Assembly: GCA_964016885.1 (NCBI GenBank)
Contig: OZ024742.1
Span: 333,312,001-333,376,000, forward strand
Source: Eledone cirrhosa
Lineage: Eukaryota
Direction: 5' to 3'
DNA length: 64,000 bases
Below, in pieces: positions 1 through 15,409 of this stretch. The first letter of the stretch is position 1, and each line of letters opens with the position of its first letter. The position numbers and the translations under genes are program-made. Under the pieces are notes generated by a model that had not been told where the DNA came from, ran no database searches, and saw only the letters and a list, made by a program, of their open reading frames with translations.

Positions 1-100
1 TTCACCTCGGCGGGATTTGACTTCAGAATGAAAAGGACCGTAACTATGCGTCAAAGCATGACGTCCGACCCTCTACCGATACTGCCAATCCACCGCCCTT
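1..100 (-). mobile_element. tRNA-derived SINE, family A (5' part; cut by the window edge)
   Basis: Reverse complement matches the other copies: AAGGGCGGTGGATTGGCAGTATCGGTAGAGGGTCGGACG, A-box TGGCAGTATCGG, degenerate B-box. Confidence 0.85.
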
Positions 101-131
101 CAAATAATATAATGTGCTTCGGACACACTAG

Positions 132-320
132 AAGGGTGGTGAATTGGCAGTATTGGTAGAAAGGTCGGACATGCTTTCCAGCGTAGTTACGTCCCTTTAC
201 GATCTGAGTTCAAATCCCGCCGAGGTTAACTTTGCATTTCATCCTTACGGATTCGATAAAATAAAGTACCAGTAATGTACTGAGTATTTGCTGGCCTTGT
301 GCCAAAAGTAGAAACAATTA
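132..320 (+). mobile_element. tRNA-derived SINE, family A, full length
   Basis: A-box TGGCAGTATTGG, B-box GTTCAAATCC, shared body CGATAAAATAAAGTACCAGT and 3' end GGCCTTGTGCCAAAAGTAGAAACAATTA. Confidence 0.9.
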
Positions 321-574
321 TATTCAAACAATTATTAAATATATGCTTATCAGATGCAATTCCCGGACAATATCATATAAACTATACGTCTTCATAAACA
401 TTATAATGTTTAGGCTATGTAAACAATCCGCACACGCACGTTGTAGAGCTATATATGTTGGTAGAAATCAGTAACTGAATGATCAATATGTAATTGGTAT
501 ATACTTATTAAAGATGGAGCAGATAATGTTCATAGAACTCAATGCAGCGTTGTCGTGGTAGATTCAACAAGGCA

Positions 575-805
575 ATGCTTTCAGAGGAGAATGTTCCACA
601 AGACCTGCGGGACGTGGTCAATGCAATTTCGAGGTCTTCAAAGGTCCTACAATCATACACATCTCGGAAATAATCTCAAGATTTCTCGAACATCTTCATG
701 AGATTGTATATTTCGTCGAAAACTTCACTGTTCATAAGTTAGCATGGAGCCGATAATATCCTTTCATATTGCTGCTAGAAACTTAGCATAGTCATTACCA
801 TGAAG
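575..805 (+). pseudogene. Degraded RTE-type LINE reverse transcriptase fragment
   Basis: Translation fragments VPQDLRDVV and HGADNILS resemble RTE RT motifs; many stops. Confidence 0.3.
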
Positions 806-852
806 GTATACCAAACATATGCCTCTCTTATATATATATCTATATACATACT

Positions 853-1338
853 TATATTTAAGTAACAGCCGTACTAAGTGTGGGAAATGAAATTTCGTTT
901 CATTTTTTCCGTATATCGTGTTCGGTGCACCCGGCCGATTAACCTACTCGATATGCAAATTGGGCTACTCAGCCGTTAATATGCATAAGGTAAGTATATA
1001 CGTTCAACAATCTGGCAGGAAGGTATACGTTGCTGACGATAGCAAATAAGCTTGAAACTAGTACACCGTTCCTGTGTCAGTGTTGAACAAACGATCAACG
1101 ATGGTTGCTAGACACTACGGCTTAATACGGGATGTTTGTTTACAAACACACCGAGCATTATAATAAATGTTCGGTGAATCCATACGTACATATATATATA
1201 TATATATATGTGCATGTATGTATATATATATACATACTTCTGAAAGTCTGTATACATATATGTATGTACGTGTACATATTTATATTTAAGTAACAGCCGT
1301 ACTAAGAGTGGGAAATGAAATTTCGTTTCATTTTTTCC

Positions 1339-1340
<2 letters not shown>
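853..1340 (+). repeat. 60-bp direct repeat (853-912 and 1281-1340) around a hammerhead-bearing segment
   Basis: TATATTTAAGTAACAGCCGTACTAAGWGTGGGAAATGAAATTTCGTTTCATTTTTTCCGT occurs twice. Confidence 0.9.
1027..1069 (+). ncRNA. Minimal type I hammerhead ribozyme motif
   Basis: ACGTTG-CTGACGA-T AGC aaataa GCT T-GAAA-CTAG-TA-CACCGT: stem I 5/6 bp, intact core, palindromic stem III, GUA cleavage triplet. Confidence 0.7.
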
Positions 1341-1433
<93 letters not shown>

Positions 1434-1469
1434 TTTATTTATATAGTAATAATAATAAATTTGAAGACT

Positions 1470-1547
<78 letters not shown>

Positions 1548-1636
1548 GTAATAATAATAAATTTGAAGACTAACATCCAAAGAGGGCTCGATAAGGATAA
1601 ATATATATAAAATATATAAGAACCGTATATGTATGT

Positions 1637-1730
<94 letters not shown>

Positions 1731-1735
1731 TATAA
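1341..1735. repeat. (TA)n array interrupted by two short 3'-terminal fragments of the Penelope-like element (1444-1472, 1546-1627)
   Basis: TAGTAATAATAATAAATTTGAAGACTAA...GAACCGTA is near-identical to 19636-19717. Confidence 0.9.
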
Positions 1736-1885
1736 CAAAGGAATTGTGGTAAGGAACCAGATGGACCATAACGCACCACAGTACTCAGTACTCAATTACT
1801 TAGGTAAATATATGTAAAAAATGGGGAGAAGAATACTGCAGGTTGCACATGGTTAACATGTTATAAAATGAGTCCCTCATCAGTG
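1735..1885 (-). mobile_element. Penelope-like 3' tail (family B) with a degenerate hammerhead
   Basis: GGAAWTGTGGTAAGGAAC..GGACCATAACGCACC..AGTACTCA is shared with 3028 and more loosely with 25253; minus strand has CTGATGA...CATG ttaac CATG but GAAA is lost. Confidence 0.5.
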
Positions 1886-2035
1886 ATTTGCCAACGATCA
1901 TAGATATTTCATTGCATTAAAAATCATATACCTCACGTTGGTGCAATAATAACTAAATTAAGTTATTAGGACAATTAAAACGCGTAAAGCGAGTGAGACA
2001 AGTAAACAACAAAGAGGAAAGCTAACCGTAGATAG

Positions 2036-2070
<35 letters not shown>

Positions 2071-2468
2071 CATGCATATATACAAACGCCTCACACACAC
2101 ACACCTCTATATAGATATCTCAGGACAAACATAACACATAGCATGATTGAGCGAATCTAACTCTCTTCCTCATCGGCCATCTACTAGGCAAAGTAATTTC
2201 GAGCATGAGGAAAATATTGCTTAGTATTAAGTCGAGGCTGCACGATAATAACACGCCCTGACAGGTGGAAACATTTATTATAATGGAACAGAACATCATA
2301 GAGTTAGGAGGCAAAAAATAAAAATTAATGAAACAGCGTGTCTCGGCATTGCAGTCGATTATGACTTGGTGTTCACTTCCATGTTTTCGCTAAGTTTTCC
2401 AGGTGCACAAGCAGACACATTTTTACCACCACCCACTCTCTTTCTAAACAGACACACACATACACTCA

Positions 2469-2551
<83 letters not shown>

Positions 2552-3027
2552 CACACACACACACATATATTTATATATATATATGTATATATAAAATGAA
2601 AAAAAACTAGATGTCCTACACGAGTGAAAGTATAAGGAAAAAAGATGAAATGGAAAATGCAAATGGAGTCTTTTTAAGAATATTTATTTGGTTCCTTCAC
2701 CGGTTTCGCAGTTCTTATGCTTTTCAAAACTAGAATTGAGATGGAGGGTTTATGGTTTTTCTCGCATCATATATATATTTGAGGATAAGTATTTAAACTT
2801 TATTTTATTCAGAGTTAAGGCTCTATTGATTTTTCCCTGGATTTCACAAAATTCTATGGATAAATCTATGTCTTGATTTTTTAAAATTGTGTTTGAATTA
2901 TTTTCCCACATCTTACGTTAATTATTTTCCATTTTGACGTTATGGTCACTTATATATTATGAAATACTGTTGGCTTCACGCTCACAATAATTTCTATACT
3001 TTCATTTATATATATATATATATATAT

Positions 3028-3178
3028 AACGAAGGAAATGTGGTAAGGAACAAGGTGGACCATAACGCACCAAAGTACTCAATACTTAGGGTAGTAGAAT
3101 GGGTAATAGGAACGAGTAGGAGCCCGACGGCTGAGCTCAAGCCGTTTCGACGGCTAATTCTGAGTCCTACTCGTTCCT
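3028..3178 (-). mobile_element. TA-flanked family B element with a terminal inversion (3108-3178) and a hammerhead 3' half
   Basis: AACGAGTAGGA...TCCTACTCGTT inverted repeat; minus strand reads GAAA-CGGC ttgagctca GCCG-TC. Confidence 0.65.
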
Positions 3179-3200
3179 ATATATATATATATATATATAT

Positions 3201-3235
<35 letters not shown>

Positions 3236-3324
3236 TATATATATATGTATATATATGTATATATATATACATATATATGTATATGCATACATATAAATAT
3301 ATATATATATATACATACACACAC

Positions 3325-3366
<42 letters not shown>

Positions 3367-4558
3367 ATGCGTTTAATATTTGTGTATAATTGTGGGTGAG
3401 TAAAAGGAAATATGTTTTTGTTATTTGCAAGTGTGTTTGTCCTCTAAAATCAGGTTATCGAATATACATTCAGAAAATAAAAACATATATAAAATACATA
3501 ATTAAAAGAAAATGAATGTACACCACGATAAAATAAGATACAAAATCCTACAATAATGCCTATAATAGAAATATAAACGATTCTTTTATTTTCTTTGTCC
3601 TCTATAATTTACATCGACACTGGAATTATAGGGCATACGAGTGTGGTATTTAATTATGTACGTCAAGACAGCTTATTTGATTTTACCAAGGATTGGTATG
3701 GAGATTTTCTCCGTTGTTTATGGGAGGATGTGATATTACTTGGTATAAGAGTTATGGTGTTCTACTCCCAGTCGTTACGTGGTGTGTTTCTTTCTCAGCG
3801 ATACATTGCGTCCTTCTGCAAGACATTTTATTTTACTTGGCACCATCTAGTTAATTTAACCTGAAACTATATGATCCAGACGACTGTCTGTGATATAAAA
3901 TTACGCTAATGTTACACGTATAGTTGAGATTTTCATCGACTAGCAAGATAATTCAACACGCTGCATGCTCCCCTGATCCAACAACGGGAACAGATGTACT
4001 TGGAACACAGGAAGACCCAAGAAAAACATGATTTGAAGAAAAAATAATTAACCTCTTAAAAATTTATATATTTTAACGTTCGTTCACCATACAGGATCTA
4101 ATCGGTGATATTAAAAAATATGTAAACCAAATGATGAAAGTTTCAACCATAATTTTGTATTTTACGTTGAGAAAAAGGCGTTTATCCTTCTCCTATTCTG
4201 AGGAATTTGAAAATAGGCGTACATATTTTCTCGTATTAAGGTGTGTGTATGGGCATTTGGGCGTGTATTTGTGTTCTATTGACATTTATTTATTTATATT
4301 TCTTTTGTGTAATTCCTTCTTTTGTAATGAATATGCAGAAATCTGGCAATACTTCTTAATTATTCTTCACTCGTCTGATGCACGTACACATACATAGCCC
4401 CATGTATAAACAGTTACAAACGGACGGAAATTTGTTGTATACACTCACTCACTCACACACACACACACCTACACACACGCACACACACGCACGCACTCAT
4501 ATATGTATATATAGATATAGTTATATATGTGTGTGTGGATGTGTATACATATACATAG

Positions 4559-4863
<305 letters not shown>

Positions 4864-5245
4864 TATTATATGAATAATTATATGTTAATATGTTTATATG
4901 AGTGCGTGAGAGCGAACATCTATGTGCTAATATGCGTATATATGTATGTTTAATCATTTCTCCTTTGGTGTATGTTATTCGATTGCTATTTCTATGTCAA
5001 ACTAAACGTAGGTAGATTTATTGGTGTAAATATGTTCCTGGGTGGGTATTTATTCATGTCATTATATGACTGCGTGCATTCGTGTGTTCTATAATTGTGT
5101 GACAAAGATAGATTCCAGTGAACAAGAATATTCAGAGACCGGAGACGAAATAAATGGAAGGAAAAAATAAAGGAATATAAAATATAAAAGGAAAAATGCA
5201 AAAATTGAAATGTCATGGGACGATACCGTTTAAAATCCTATTCAG

Positions 5246-5457
5246 AATTGAAGCTCAGCTGTTGAATTGCAGTGAAATATATAATTGTTATATTTGACCC
5301 TATAACTATCAAAAAGAAACCAATTAGGGACTGTGGAACAATCTTTGAGTGGGGATGGGTTGATGAATAGGACAGTGTGCAGGCGCATTCACACGCAATG
5401 TATATGCATGCACACACATTTATAAAGGTACATATATGTATATAAAAATAAATATAT
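5246..5457 (+). mobile_element. Headless copy of the tRNA-Lys-headed repeat at 43866-44174
   Basis: About 210 bp, highly similar to the reverse complement of 43866-44077. Confidence 0.85.
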
Positions 5458-5487
5458 AGGTGTATGCATATATATAAGTTTATATAT

Positions 5488-5665
<178 letters not shown>

Positions 5666-5790
5666 GTGTGCAGAGAGAGACAGAGAGAGATAAAGATGTT
5701 GAAAACAAATATATATGTGTACATATATATAGAAACAGAGAGGGGTGAAAACGATAAATATATATATATATTTATATACATATATATATA

Positions 5791-5852
<62 letters not shown>

Positions 5853-6750
5853 AGTTAAAGAGAGAGAGGAAGAGAGAATAAGGTAGGGACAGATAGATAG
5901 ATAAATAGATAGATAATATGTAATGTAAATAATGAAGGAAGTAATGGTGGAAGTCTACAACTTCTATAGTATATAGGGTCCAAACTCCCCATCTATTCCT
6001 GTTCAACTGAGCATTTGTGTGTGATTATTCTTCCAGTTTTTATTATTATTATCTATTGTTAATGGTAGGAGTATATACCACCCAGCAGCATAAATTACAA
6101 TAATTTTCTTCTTTCTTTTTTCAAAAAAGTATTGGAAAATAGATTTTCTCTCCAATATTCAAAAATTATATATATTTCCATGAAAGATTTTAATGGTAAT
6201 AATAGGACGAGACATAGTCGCTGACAATTTCGAAAATAGCACATTTTGCCCAGTCTTTTATAAGTGGGATTTTGACATGACATTGAGTTATTCAGGTTCA
6301 AGCAAATTCTCTATCTTTTTAAATGTCTCTCTGGTAAAGTGGGTGGAACGTGGACAGAAAGCTATAGATTTTGATTAGTTGTGGATAGGGAAAAATAAAT
6401 ATATGACAACGATTTTGGATTGCACGTAGTTGCACAGGGATAAGAAGTCCCACTAAACACACACATATATACATACACATATATACATACACATACAAAG
6501 AAGTACACATGCCTACACAGATACACATGCATCGACTGATATGTAGTGAGTACATTCCTTTTGTTTTCCTCATCATAGACGTGGATCATCAGTTAGTTGT
6601 CTATGATGTTTGGTTTGTGAGAGAGGATCTATACATCTGGCAAAAGATATACTAACATTCATCAAGGATACAATCAACTAGTTATACCTTGGTGCATATG
6701 GTTTACAACCGTACCACGCATATATGCATGTGTATGTATATATATATATT

Positions 6751-6847
<97 letters not shown>

Positions 6848-6848
6848 T

Positions 6849-6908
<60 letters not shown>

Positions 6909-6909
6909 A

Positions 6910-6954
<45 letters not shown>

Positions 6955-7447
6955 GTTATATATATATATATATAGATAGATAGATAGATATATAGATAGA
7001 TATATAGATAGATATATAGATAGATAAATAGATAGAAAGATAGATACATACATACATACATACATACATACATACATACATACATACATACATACTTGTT
7101 CGTACATACATGCATACATAAAAGTTCGTACATAGAGACATGCAGGCATAATTGCATTGCAAAGAACATAGATTTGGAGGAACATTTATCTGTACAGCAA
7201 CAGTTTATTTCATTTGAATGTAGATACCTTAATATTCCTTCTGTGTAGAGTCTTTTCTCTCTTTAGTTTCCGGTGATGATATGAAAATACATTTATACAT
7301 ATAGGAATGGTCACAATGTTTGCTGTCTCGCACATTTCAACTAATCCGTATTTATACCCTTCCCGCCTTCCATCCTACAAACCATTAAGCTATGAGACAT
7401 ACATACAGATAGACAGACAGACAGAGTGACGGAGAGACAGATGGTCA

Positions 7448-7499
<52 letters not shown>

Positions 7500-7513
7500 T
7501 ATATACACAAACA

Positions 7514-7583
<70 letters not shown>

Positions 7584-7790
7584 TATACATATTCATAGAT
7601 ATTTAGATAAATACATACATAAATGTATGCATGCAAACACACCTTTATACAACTACATAAATATCTATCTGATGCCTCAATTCCAATTAAATTCCATACA
7701 CAGACACATACATACACACACAGACAAACAAAGACAGACAGACACACACACACACACATTTAAATATATATATATATATATACATCCAAC

Positions 7791-7856
<66 letters not shown>

Positions 7857-8411
7857 TATATACATACATACCTATATATATATATATGTATGTGAATGTG
7901 TATCTATATGTCTGTCTCTCTGTGCCTTTGTGTACCTATGTGTTTGCGTGCGCATCCTGTTGATATGTATATGCTTATATCCAACCATACAGGCCTGCAC
8001 GCATTTATCTATACAGGCATACATGCTCACATGTAAACAAAAAAAAAACAAAAAATATGTCTATGTATGCATAGACAGACACACATACACAGAAATATTT
8101 TAAAACATAATCATATACCTAAGAACCCAAAGAACTGAATACATAGTCATACACATAATAACCTTGTGCATGATCTAATGACGCGCGGTCAAAGAGGGAT
8201 ATATATTAGAAGCGGTCGCAATTTTCATACCATTGTATCTTTGACTGATTCCCTAGTCAATGTGTGAAAGATGTCAGACATTGAAATTCTCATATTATAT
8301 TAAACTACATCATTTAATACACTGCTCAGTCGAATCATCCTTCTTATATCCACCGTATAAGATGTGTGGATGCGTGAATGGGCGTGCGTTGGTTTGTGTA
8401 CGGGTGTATGC

Positions 8412-8466
<55 letters not shown>

Positions 8467-8524
8467 TACATTCACACATATACAAAAAAAAAAATATTTA
8501 TATTATATATGTATATATTATAAA

Positions 8525-8597
<73 letters not shown>

Positions 8598-9111
8598 TAT
8601 TGTGCGTGTGTGTGTGCCTGTCTGTGCATTTTGTAGATATATATAAATATCTGTAGCTAAATATTCACAATTTAAATATGCATTTATAGAAACATATAGA
8701 GAGTGGGAAAAATAAAACGAGATTGAGAGAGAAAAATGGAGAAATATATAGAGAGGTGGGGTGATTGATGAATATATATATATAGAGAGAGGAATTTATA
8801 TTATAGTTGACAACCAGTGTGGGTTGTACCCGAGACGCAGCATAGCACACCAAACATTCAATCTGTGACAAGTCTTCGACAATCCGCGGGTTCTTTTCAA
8901 GAGTTTTATAGTTGTTTTGTGGAACTCGAAAAGCTATATGACCACGTCCCATGAAAGGTTCTGGGGGAGTTTGGGATCGACGAACAACCACTAGTTGCTT
9001 TTAAGTCCCAATACAAATGCCCTTTTATTGTATTCGAATAAATAGTGCAAAGTCGAAAGCATTTCATATTCGAGTTTGACTCTGTCAAGGCTGCATACTG
9101 TCACCACTCCT

Positions 9112-9600
9112 CTTCATCATCATCATCCGGCGGCCTCAGCCGAAATCGACTCAACAATTGATCTCCACGTGGGTCTGTCATTCACTGCCGCTACCAAATC
9201 CTGGATTTCAATACCAGAATCTCTGGAGATGACATCGGATTAGAAGAGCTTTTGTTGTTTGGGTGAAAGCGTCCATGTTTCACTTCCATGTAGCAGGATT
9301 GGTTGAATTATTATTGGGAAGAGTCTGATTTGGGTGTGGTTGGAAAGGTGTAAGTGCTACACTCGATCCATCTTGAAGAGGATTGACATGCGCACCCGGG
9401 TTGGAAGTGGTAGTAAACTGGCGGATGTAGTATTTAATCGGCTGGAATTTGTAGACGGCATGGTAATACATAACTCGTCGGAATGTGACCATGTACATGC
9501 TCTGGTTAGATTTGCCGACGAGTGCTTCGTGAAAAATTAATGCTGCGAAGACTAAGACATTAATCTTAGCTAAAAATCATCTGCAGTGCACTCTACATGT
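9112..9600 (-). pseudogene. RTE-type LINE 3' fragment
   Basis: Translation LLHGSETWTL...DLVAAVNDRPTWRSIV, followed by a (TGA)n tail. Confidence 0.6.
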
Positions 9601-9605
9601 CGGTG

Positions 9606-9785
9606 GTTCCCGAACATTAAAAAAAACTTGGCTGGGAACCAGTATCGCAGTAATTATGACGTCACATCTGCTGTTCATGAGTTTTTATTTTTTTACTAAC
9701 AGGATAGAAGCTTCTTCACCAATGGTATCCAAGCACTGCAGCCCTGATGGAAGCGGTGGACCACAAACGGACTATGTTGAACAAA
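9606..9785 (+). pseudogene. Mariner transposase C-terminal fragment
   Basis: FPNIKKNLAGNQYRSNYDVTSAVHEF...SFFTNGIQAL..WK...DYVE, a typical mariner C-terminus. Confidence 0.7.
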
Positions 9786-12700
9786 ATTATATATATATAT
9801 ATTAATATTTCTGTTTATATATTGGACTACAACTCTAATATTTCGTGTATTGGTGTGCTACTGTGTTTTCTGATTTTTATAATCCCAATGGATTTCATGT
9901 CTTATATATACATATACTATCTTCGACCCCATCAACGTCCATTATAATCACATATTTAAGACATCAATCTCTCATGGTGGATATGATAATTTTTATATTG
10001 GCATATCCGATATGAAACCTAGCTTAATTATATGTATAAATGTAAATAGAGTTAAGATGAAATCGTTGACGGACGGAAAACGGAGAACATCAAATTAGAA
10101 ACTTTTCTCAAACCACTTCAGTAGTTCAAGGATCTTGGTTAAAGATTTACTTGAATTCATTTAAATTATATTCTGCCTGAAATTGTAAAGAAAAAGACCA
10201 AAGTCTCTAGCGCAATATCTGTAGAAAATTTCCTCTAAGCAATTTGGAAAAAGTCCAAACCGATGTAACGCGCGATATAATAAATGTGATATTTTCAGCT
10301 ATAACAGTAATTGTCAATTTAAATAATATTTGAACGGTCAAGAAATTATTTCAGTGAGAATTTATAGCGAACAAAATGAAGGGAAAATATAAAACCACTA
10401 CAAATGTATAACCTTTTTAAGGACATCTTTAAATGTATCATCATGGTGGAAACGATATACGGTACTCATTGCCAATTTGGGAAGCTTTATGCGTATCATT
10501 AACGTGACACAGTCTACGCTTGTAAATGACAGTAATATTGCTAGTGTCGCACATATATTCACGACTTTAAATCGCAACTCTACCTTAAATTCTTAATTGC
10601 CTATCGTTACTAAATACAAGATACTTTGTTGCGTTTATTTCCGCATCTGTTATGTTGTGTTAGACGGGCTTGCATATTTTATGTGGCTTCAACTTTAATA
10701 TTGATAGGCTTTCACAAGGTATCTTGCATTTAGAGATAGTAATGGTGCTATATGTTATTTGGGCGAGTGTCATTTGCGTCCACTATGGATATATTGTTTA
10801 AAGTGGTCTGAATTCCTCATAGTTTCAGATTTGTATCTGATGCATCCTGGTCAGCGGACCTACAGCATGCTTAAAACATTCTTTATTTGCTGCATTCGGC
10901 TCTACAACTACATACATTCACTTCTTGAAAGCTATACATACCATATCAGCTATGTCCAGACGTTGTTTCATTAGTGGCAATGATGTGTAAGGTAAGTGGA
11001 GAAAAATGTGTAGTTGCGGATGAAGGGAAAATGTTGCAGACAACTATTGTTGGAGTTTGTGCATAGGCGTGGAGTGGGTGATGGGGTCGTAGTCCTGTAG
11101 TCTCATAATTGCGAAAGAAATGTGGCGATATCTGCGTCCCTGTGTTCAGACGCCCTTCTGACGCTTTGATTTATGTATTATTTCCCCAACTTTGTTGTGT
11201 ATGCGTTTGTATGAATGAAGCTTTTTGTACTTGTATGGTTGTGTTTGCTATATAATAGTCTTTGTATGGTGATGGCTAAAACGTAGGAAGGATCAACAAT
11301 ACTGCAGTGTCGAACACGAGGGTAGCAGAATCTGGTGTTAGAGCATGTTGAGGGTAGTAAAGATTAGCTCCTCCTGTTCTACCTCTTCTCCCATTCCCTC
11401 TCCCTTTCCTTTTCTATCCTTCTCTGTGCTAATATTTTATTTCGGTGTGCGTGTTAGTTTTGTTGTTGCGTTTGTATGGGTGCAGTTTATTATTTTATTG
11501 TGTGTGGATATGTTTAATTGTAATGTTGAGGTTATGTTGTATGGGCGTATCGTCCATCTCTTTGCCTGTGGTGAGTGAGTGTGTGTGTGGATGTGTATAT
11601 GTGTGTGTGTGGGTATGCCCGCGCATGCGCACTTCTAATGTTAGTTGTGGTAGATTGGGGTGGTCGTTTGAATTCTCTGTCCGGTGATGCAAGAATGTAT
11701 ATGTTATAGAGAAAATGGGACTAAAAGGGGAAGAGGGTGTTGAGTCTGATTACTGGAAGGGGCATTGACTTAGCACTATGTGCATGTGCGTTCTGCCCAA
11801 ATGTAGTGCATACTTATGTCTTCGTTTTAGTAGTGACGTAGCTGTGTAAGCAGTGTAAGCATCCTTCCTATGGTTGCGTGCACAGACGGATTCACGAAAA
11901 ATAGGCACACCCCTATGCACCAAAATACCCACCCACACGCACACAAGCAAACTTGTATAGTCACAACACACACAAACAGACACCAACAATATACGTACGT
12001 ATATAGGTATGTATGTTTGTATGTATGTGTATATGTATGTATGTATACATATCAATCTCCTGAAAATATTTAACACATTTGGAGGATGTATATCTATACA
12101 TACTCACAGAGCCTCTCTAACACTCTCTCCCTCTTGGCCTATCTTTATGCTGGCCTATCTTTAAGCATAAGCGCCTTTCATTCAGCTTATCTATTTATCC
12201 AATTTTTTTTCAGATAATTTCGCCATCTTCCTCACTGTTTTTTACTCGATTTCACATACCATATCGCACCGTATCCCATTCCTTACAACAAACAATCCAT
12301 CATCTAGACATATCTTGCTAGTCAGGCTTCGCATTCACTATATCACATACCTTCATAGTCGTCATTTACTATCCTTTCCCTGAAACTCACACAAGTTTGC
12401 ACACTCACACACACAAGCGTAGATACACACGCACACACAAAACATTAGACTTCATATTCTTCTATATAGTTTCTAGACACTCTCTCTCTATCCACAACAT
12501 ACCCGGATAACAATGTGTTCAAAACACGTGTTCATCAAATAGGGTACTTAAAATATAATCACTATGATAAAATCGGTGTCAAAACGTTTTCAAACTTTTT
12601 CCGTATCTGGCTAGACAGATATGACACTCGCTCACACATACTCACACACACACACTCACACGTGCACAAACACATACACCAGCACACAAACACACACACA

Positions 12701-15409
12701 CGTATATATCTTACATATACAGATAAATCTATGTGTGTGTTTCTTTGAAATATATATTTCTCAAATATTGATATCGATCGATTGTTCCGGTTATTTTCGT
12801 TGGGGGGGCCCATATCCCATGTACACACACACACACATATACTCACACCCACCCACCCACACACACACATATATATATATAGAGAGAGAGAGAGAGTCAG
12901 ATGGATAGTAAATACGTAGGTCTACGTCTCTCTCATTCTCCGTCTTTATATCGCAGTATCTCTCTTTTAAAACAGACCAGTAAATGTTTCGCACCAGTAG
13001 ATTACAAAATTCCTCACTGAGAATTTAACAAAAAATTCGATTCTTATGGCCCAGTAATTAAGTCCAAATATAATTGAACGCCACTTTTCCATATTTGCCT
13101 ATATTTTTCTTGCAGTTAGGGGCTAGGAACATTTCAAATGGAACATTAACTGCATCAATCTTGCTGGTTACATAGTGCTTGTTAGGGTCGTGGACACCTC
13201 ACTTCTTCAGAAAAAAAACGTACAAAAAATATAACAACAAAATAAAACCAAATTAAGTGACCATGATTATGCTCCCTCATCGACTCGAATTTCGGCTTTT
13301 TTGTTCATTAAACTAAAAATGTCATGGATTTTATTAGATGTAAAAGTAATATTACATGTAGGGGATCATTTCTTTACATAAAAATCACTCAAAACAATTA
13401 CACATTTGAAGTAAATACATGTCTTGATATTTATTACTGCTAAACATAAATGACAGAGTTAAAATAATAATGTGCAATAAACGCACCACAATCAACGTTT
13501 AATAAAATTAAAAGCAACTCCCTCAAAATCTTTGGCTACATGAAATGCTGAACCTGCGGCCTCTCTGGAGGGTAAATTAGCCCGAAAGAGAAATCAACCG
13601 TCGGTGGAGAAGATAGATCTCATAAACAGTCTCAAACCAATCATGGACAGATCTTAATGCAATGCTATCAAAGAGGGATAAATCGAAGAAATATCTTCAC
13701 GACATTTTGTACTCTGATTTTAGTGGAATAAAGATTAAAGGAAAGAAGGAACAGTTGACATACATACCGTTACAACATCAGAAAACCATATTTGATACGC
13801 AATTGTTATAAGTGAGAATACATAGCTGGATCCATTGTGTGATAAATGATATATTGTTCTGCTGTCCTGTATACCTTCCAATCTATCACCAGGTAAATGA
13901 GTTTACTGTTCTATCTCTAATAAATATATAATATATGTAACAGAATAATATTCCTGGAAATTTGTTTAATAAATTATGTTGCTTTCTGATGAAAATAAGT
14001 CGATATAGATAGCGGCATATTATTCCGATTGTTGTTTGATCTCAAGTCTCAAGTCTACTCTCTGAAAGTCTAGCACTGTGTGAGTCAATGTGTCTAACCT
14101 TTTTACCCTTTAAGTATGTGATATGATATATATTTTCCTGCTATTTTCCAGTGTGTTGTTTACCAACCCAGTCGTGTTATATTGCCTTTGTTTCTGATAA
14201 AAGTAAGGATAATGATTTAATATGAATTTAATATGAAAGACAGATATAGATACGCAGCTAAGGATGTGAAGTTAAGTAAATCGTTTCACATTGGGTTTTT
14301 CAATTCAATCCTACTGCACATTACCGATAGCGAATGAAAGTTGACTGACGAAAATCACGAGGGTTTCCTCCGGTGAAACGGAGGGTCTGTTTTGGGGTAG
14401 TAGGTTTAACCTGTTGCCCAGTGTAACACACACCACTTAACCCATGATATCCACTTATTTATAGGTGTTCATTCTAGGATTTCACTCCGATGATAATTAA
14501 CCCATTTCTTCACAGGTGAGTTGGAAGCGCCGATAATGATCACGGGGTTGATTATTTCCTTTAATAATGATAACAAAAACGGAAATGGATTATTTTGTGT
14601 GTTAAATACAATAATATATGCATAGAGCTTTGTCGAGTTATTAACCCCTAACAGTCATAGAATCTCAGCGGTTTGTAAGTATTTCCAAGGAGCTTTTGAT
14701 TTAAAAGATCTTTGCTCCAGAGCCAACCATCAATTCCCCATCTTATATTGTTATACGGTGGTAATAATAATCGAGAGATGGAAACTTTTATACTTGGAGG
14801 AAAATGTATGTACTATAGTGTGCGTATATTTTGCTTTAAAAGAACTACTTGAAATGTTGAACTCTACTCATGACACACAAAGCTCCCTTTATGGACAACT
14901 CGTTTCAGAGCTATGGCACTAAACTATATAGCATGCCTTTACGGACATATTCCAACATGAAAGCTACAAAGGACCAGGCAGCAATTCATTGTCTCATTAA
15001 CAAATTACTTAACCACTACAATAAAAGACACAGCCAAGCAATCTGACCACATACCCACAATTTTAATTAACACTTTTTGGGATTTCTTTGCAAAATCTTT
15101 CTATGCTAATACTTTATTTAAATGAGATATTTGTAACTGTGTAGTTTATCTGTGGAAGAATAAGAAATCCCAGCACACTAGATAAGATTCGTTAGAGGTA
15201 AAAGTAATTGGTACATTACAGTTTCACGTCCGTAGGCTGGTCGGTGGTTTAATCCTACTTAATCCGTGACCAAATCTTTGTCAAAGACATGATTGGAATG
15301 TGGGATTTACCGTTCAATTGCTAAAAGCCAAAATGACAAAAGCGATAAAGATGATGTCATTTATACTTGAGATAGTTTGACCTTAATTTCAGTTTACTGT
15401 TGTTAAGGA

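Noticed and set aside
6560-6595. Minus-strand CTGATGA with a short TCC/GGA stem
   Set aside because: No properly placed GAAA, stem III or cleavage site
10600-11000. Possible decayed GIY-YIG remnant on the minus strand
   Set aside because: Motifs can be recovered only by assuming several frameshifts
14345-14390. CTGACGA...GAAAC...GTC hammerhead candidate
   Set aside because: No stem I pairing and a poor stem II junction; likely chance at the end of a decayed SINE
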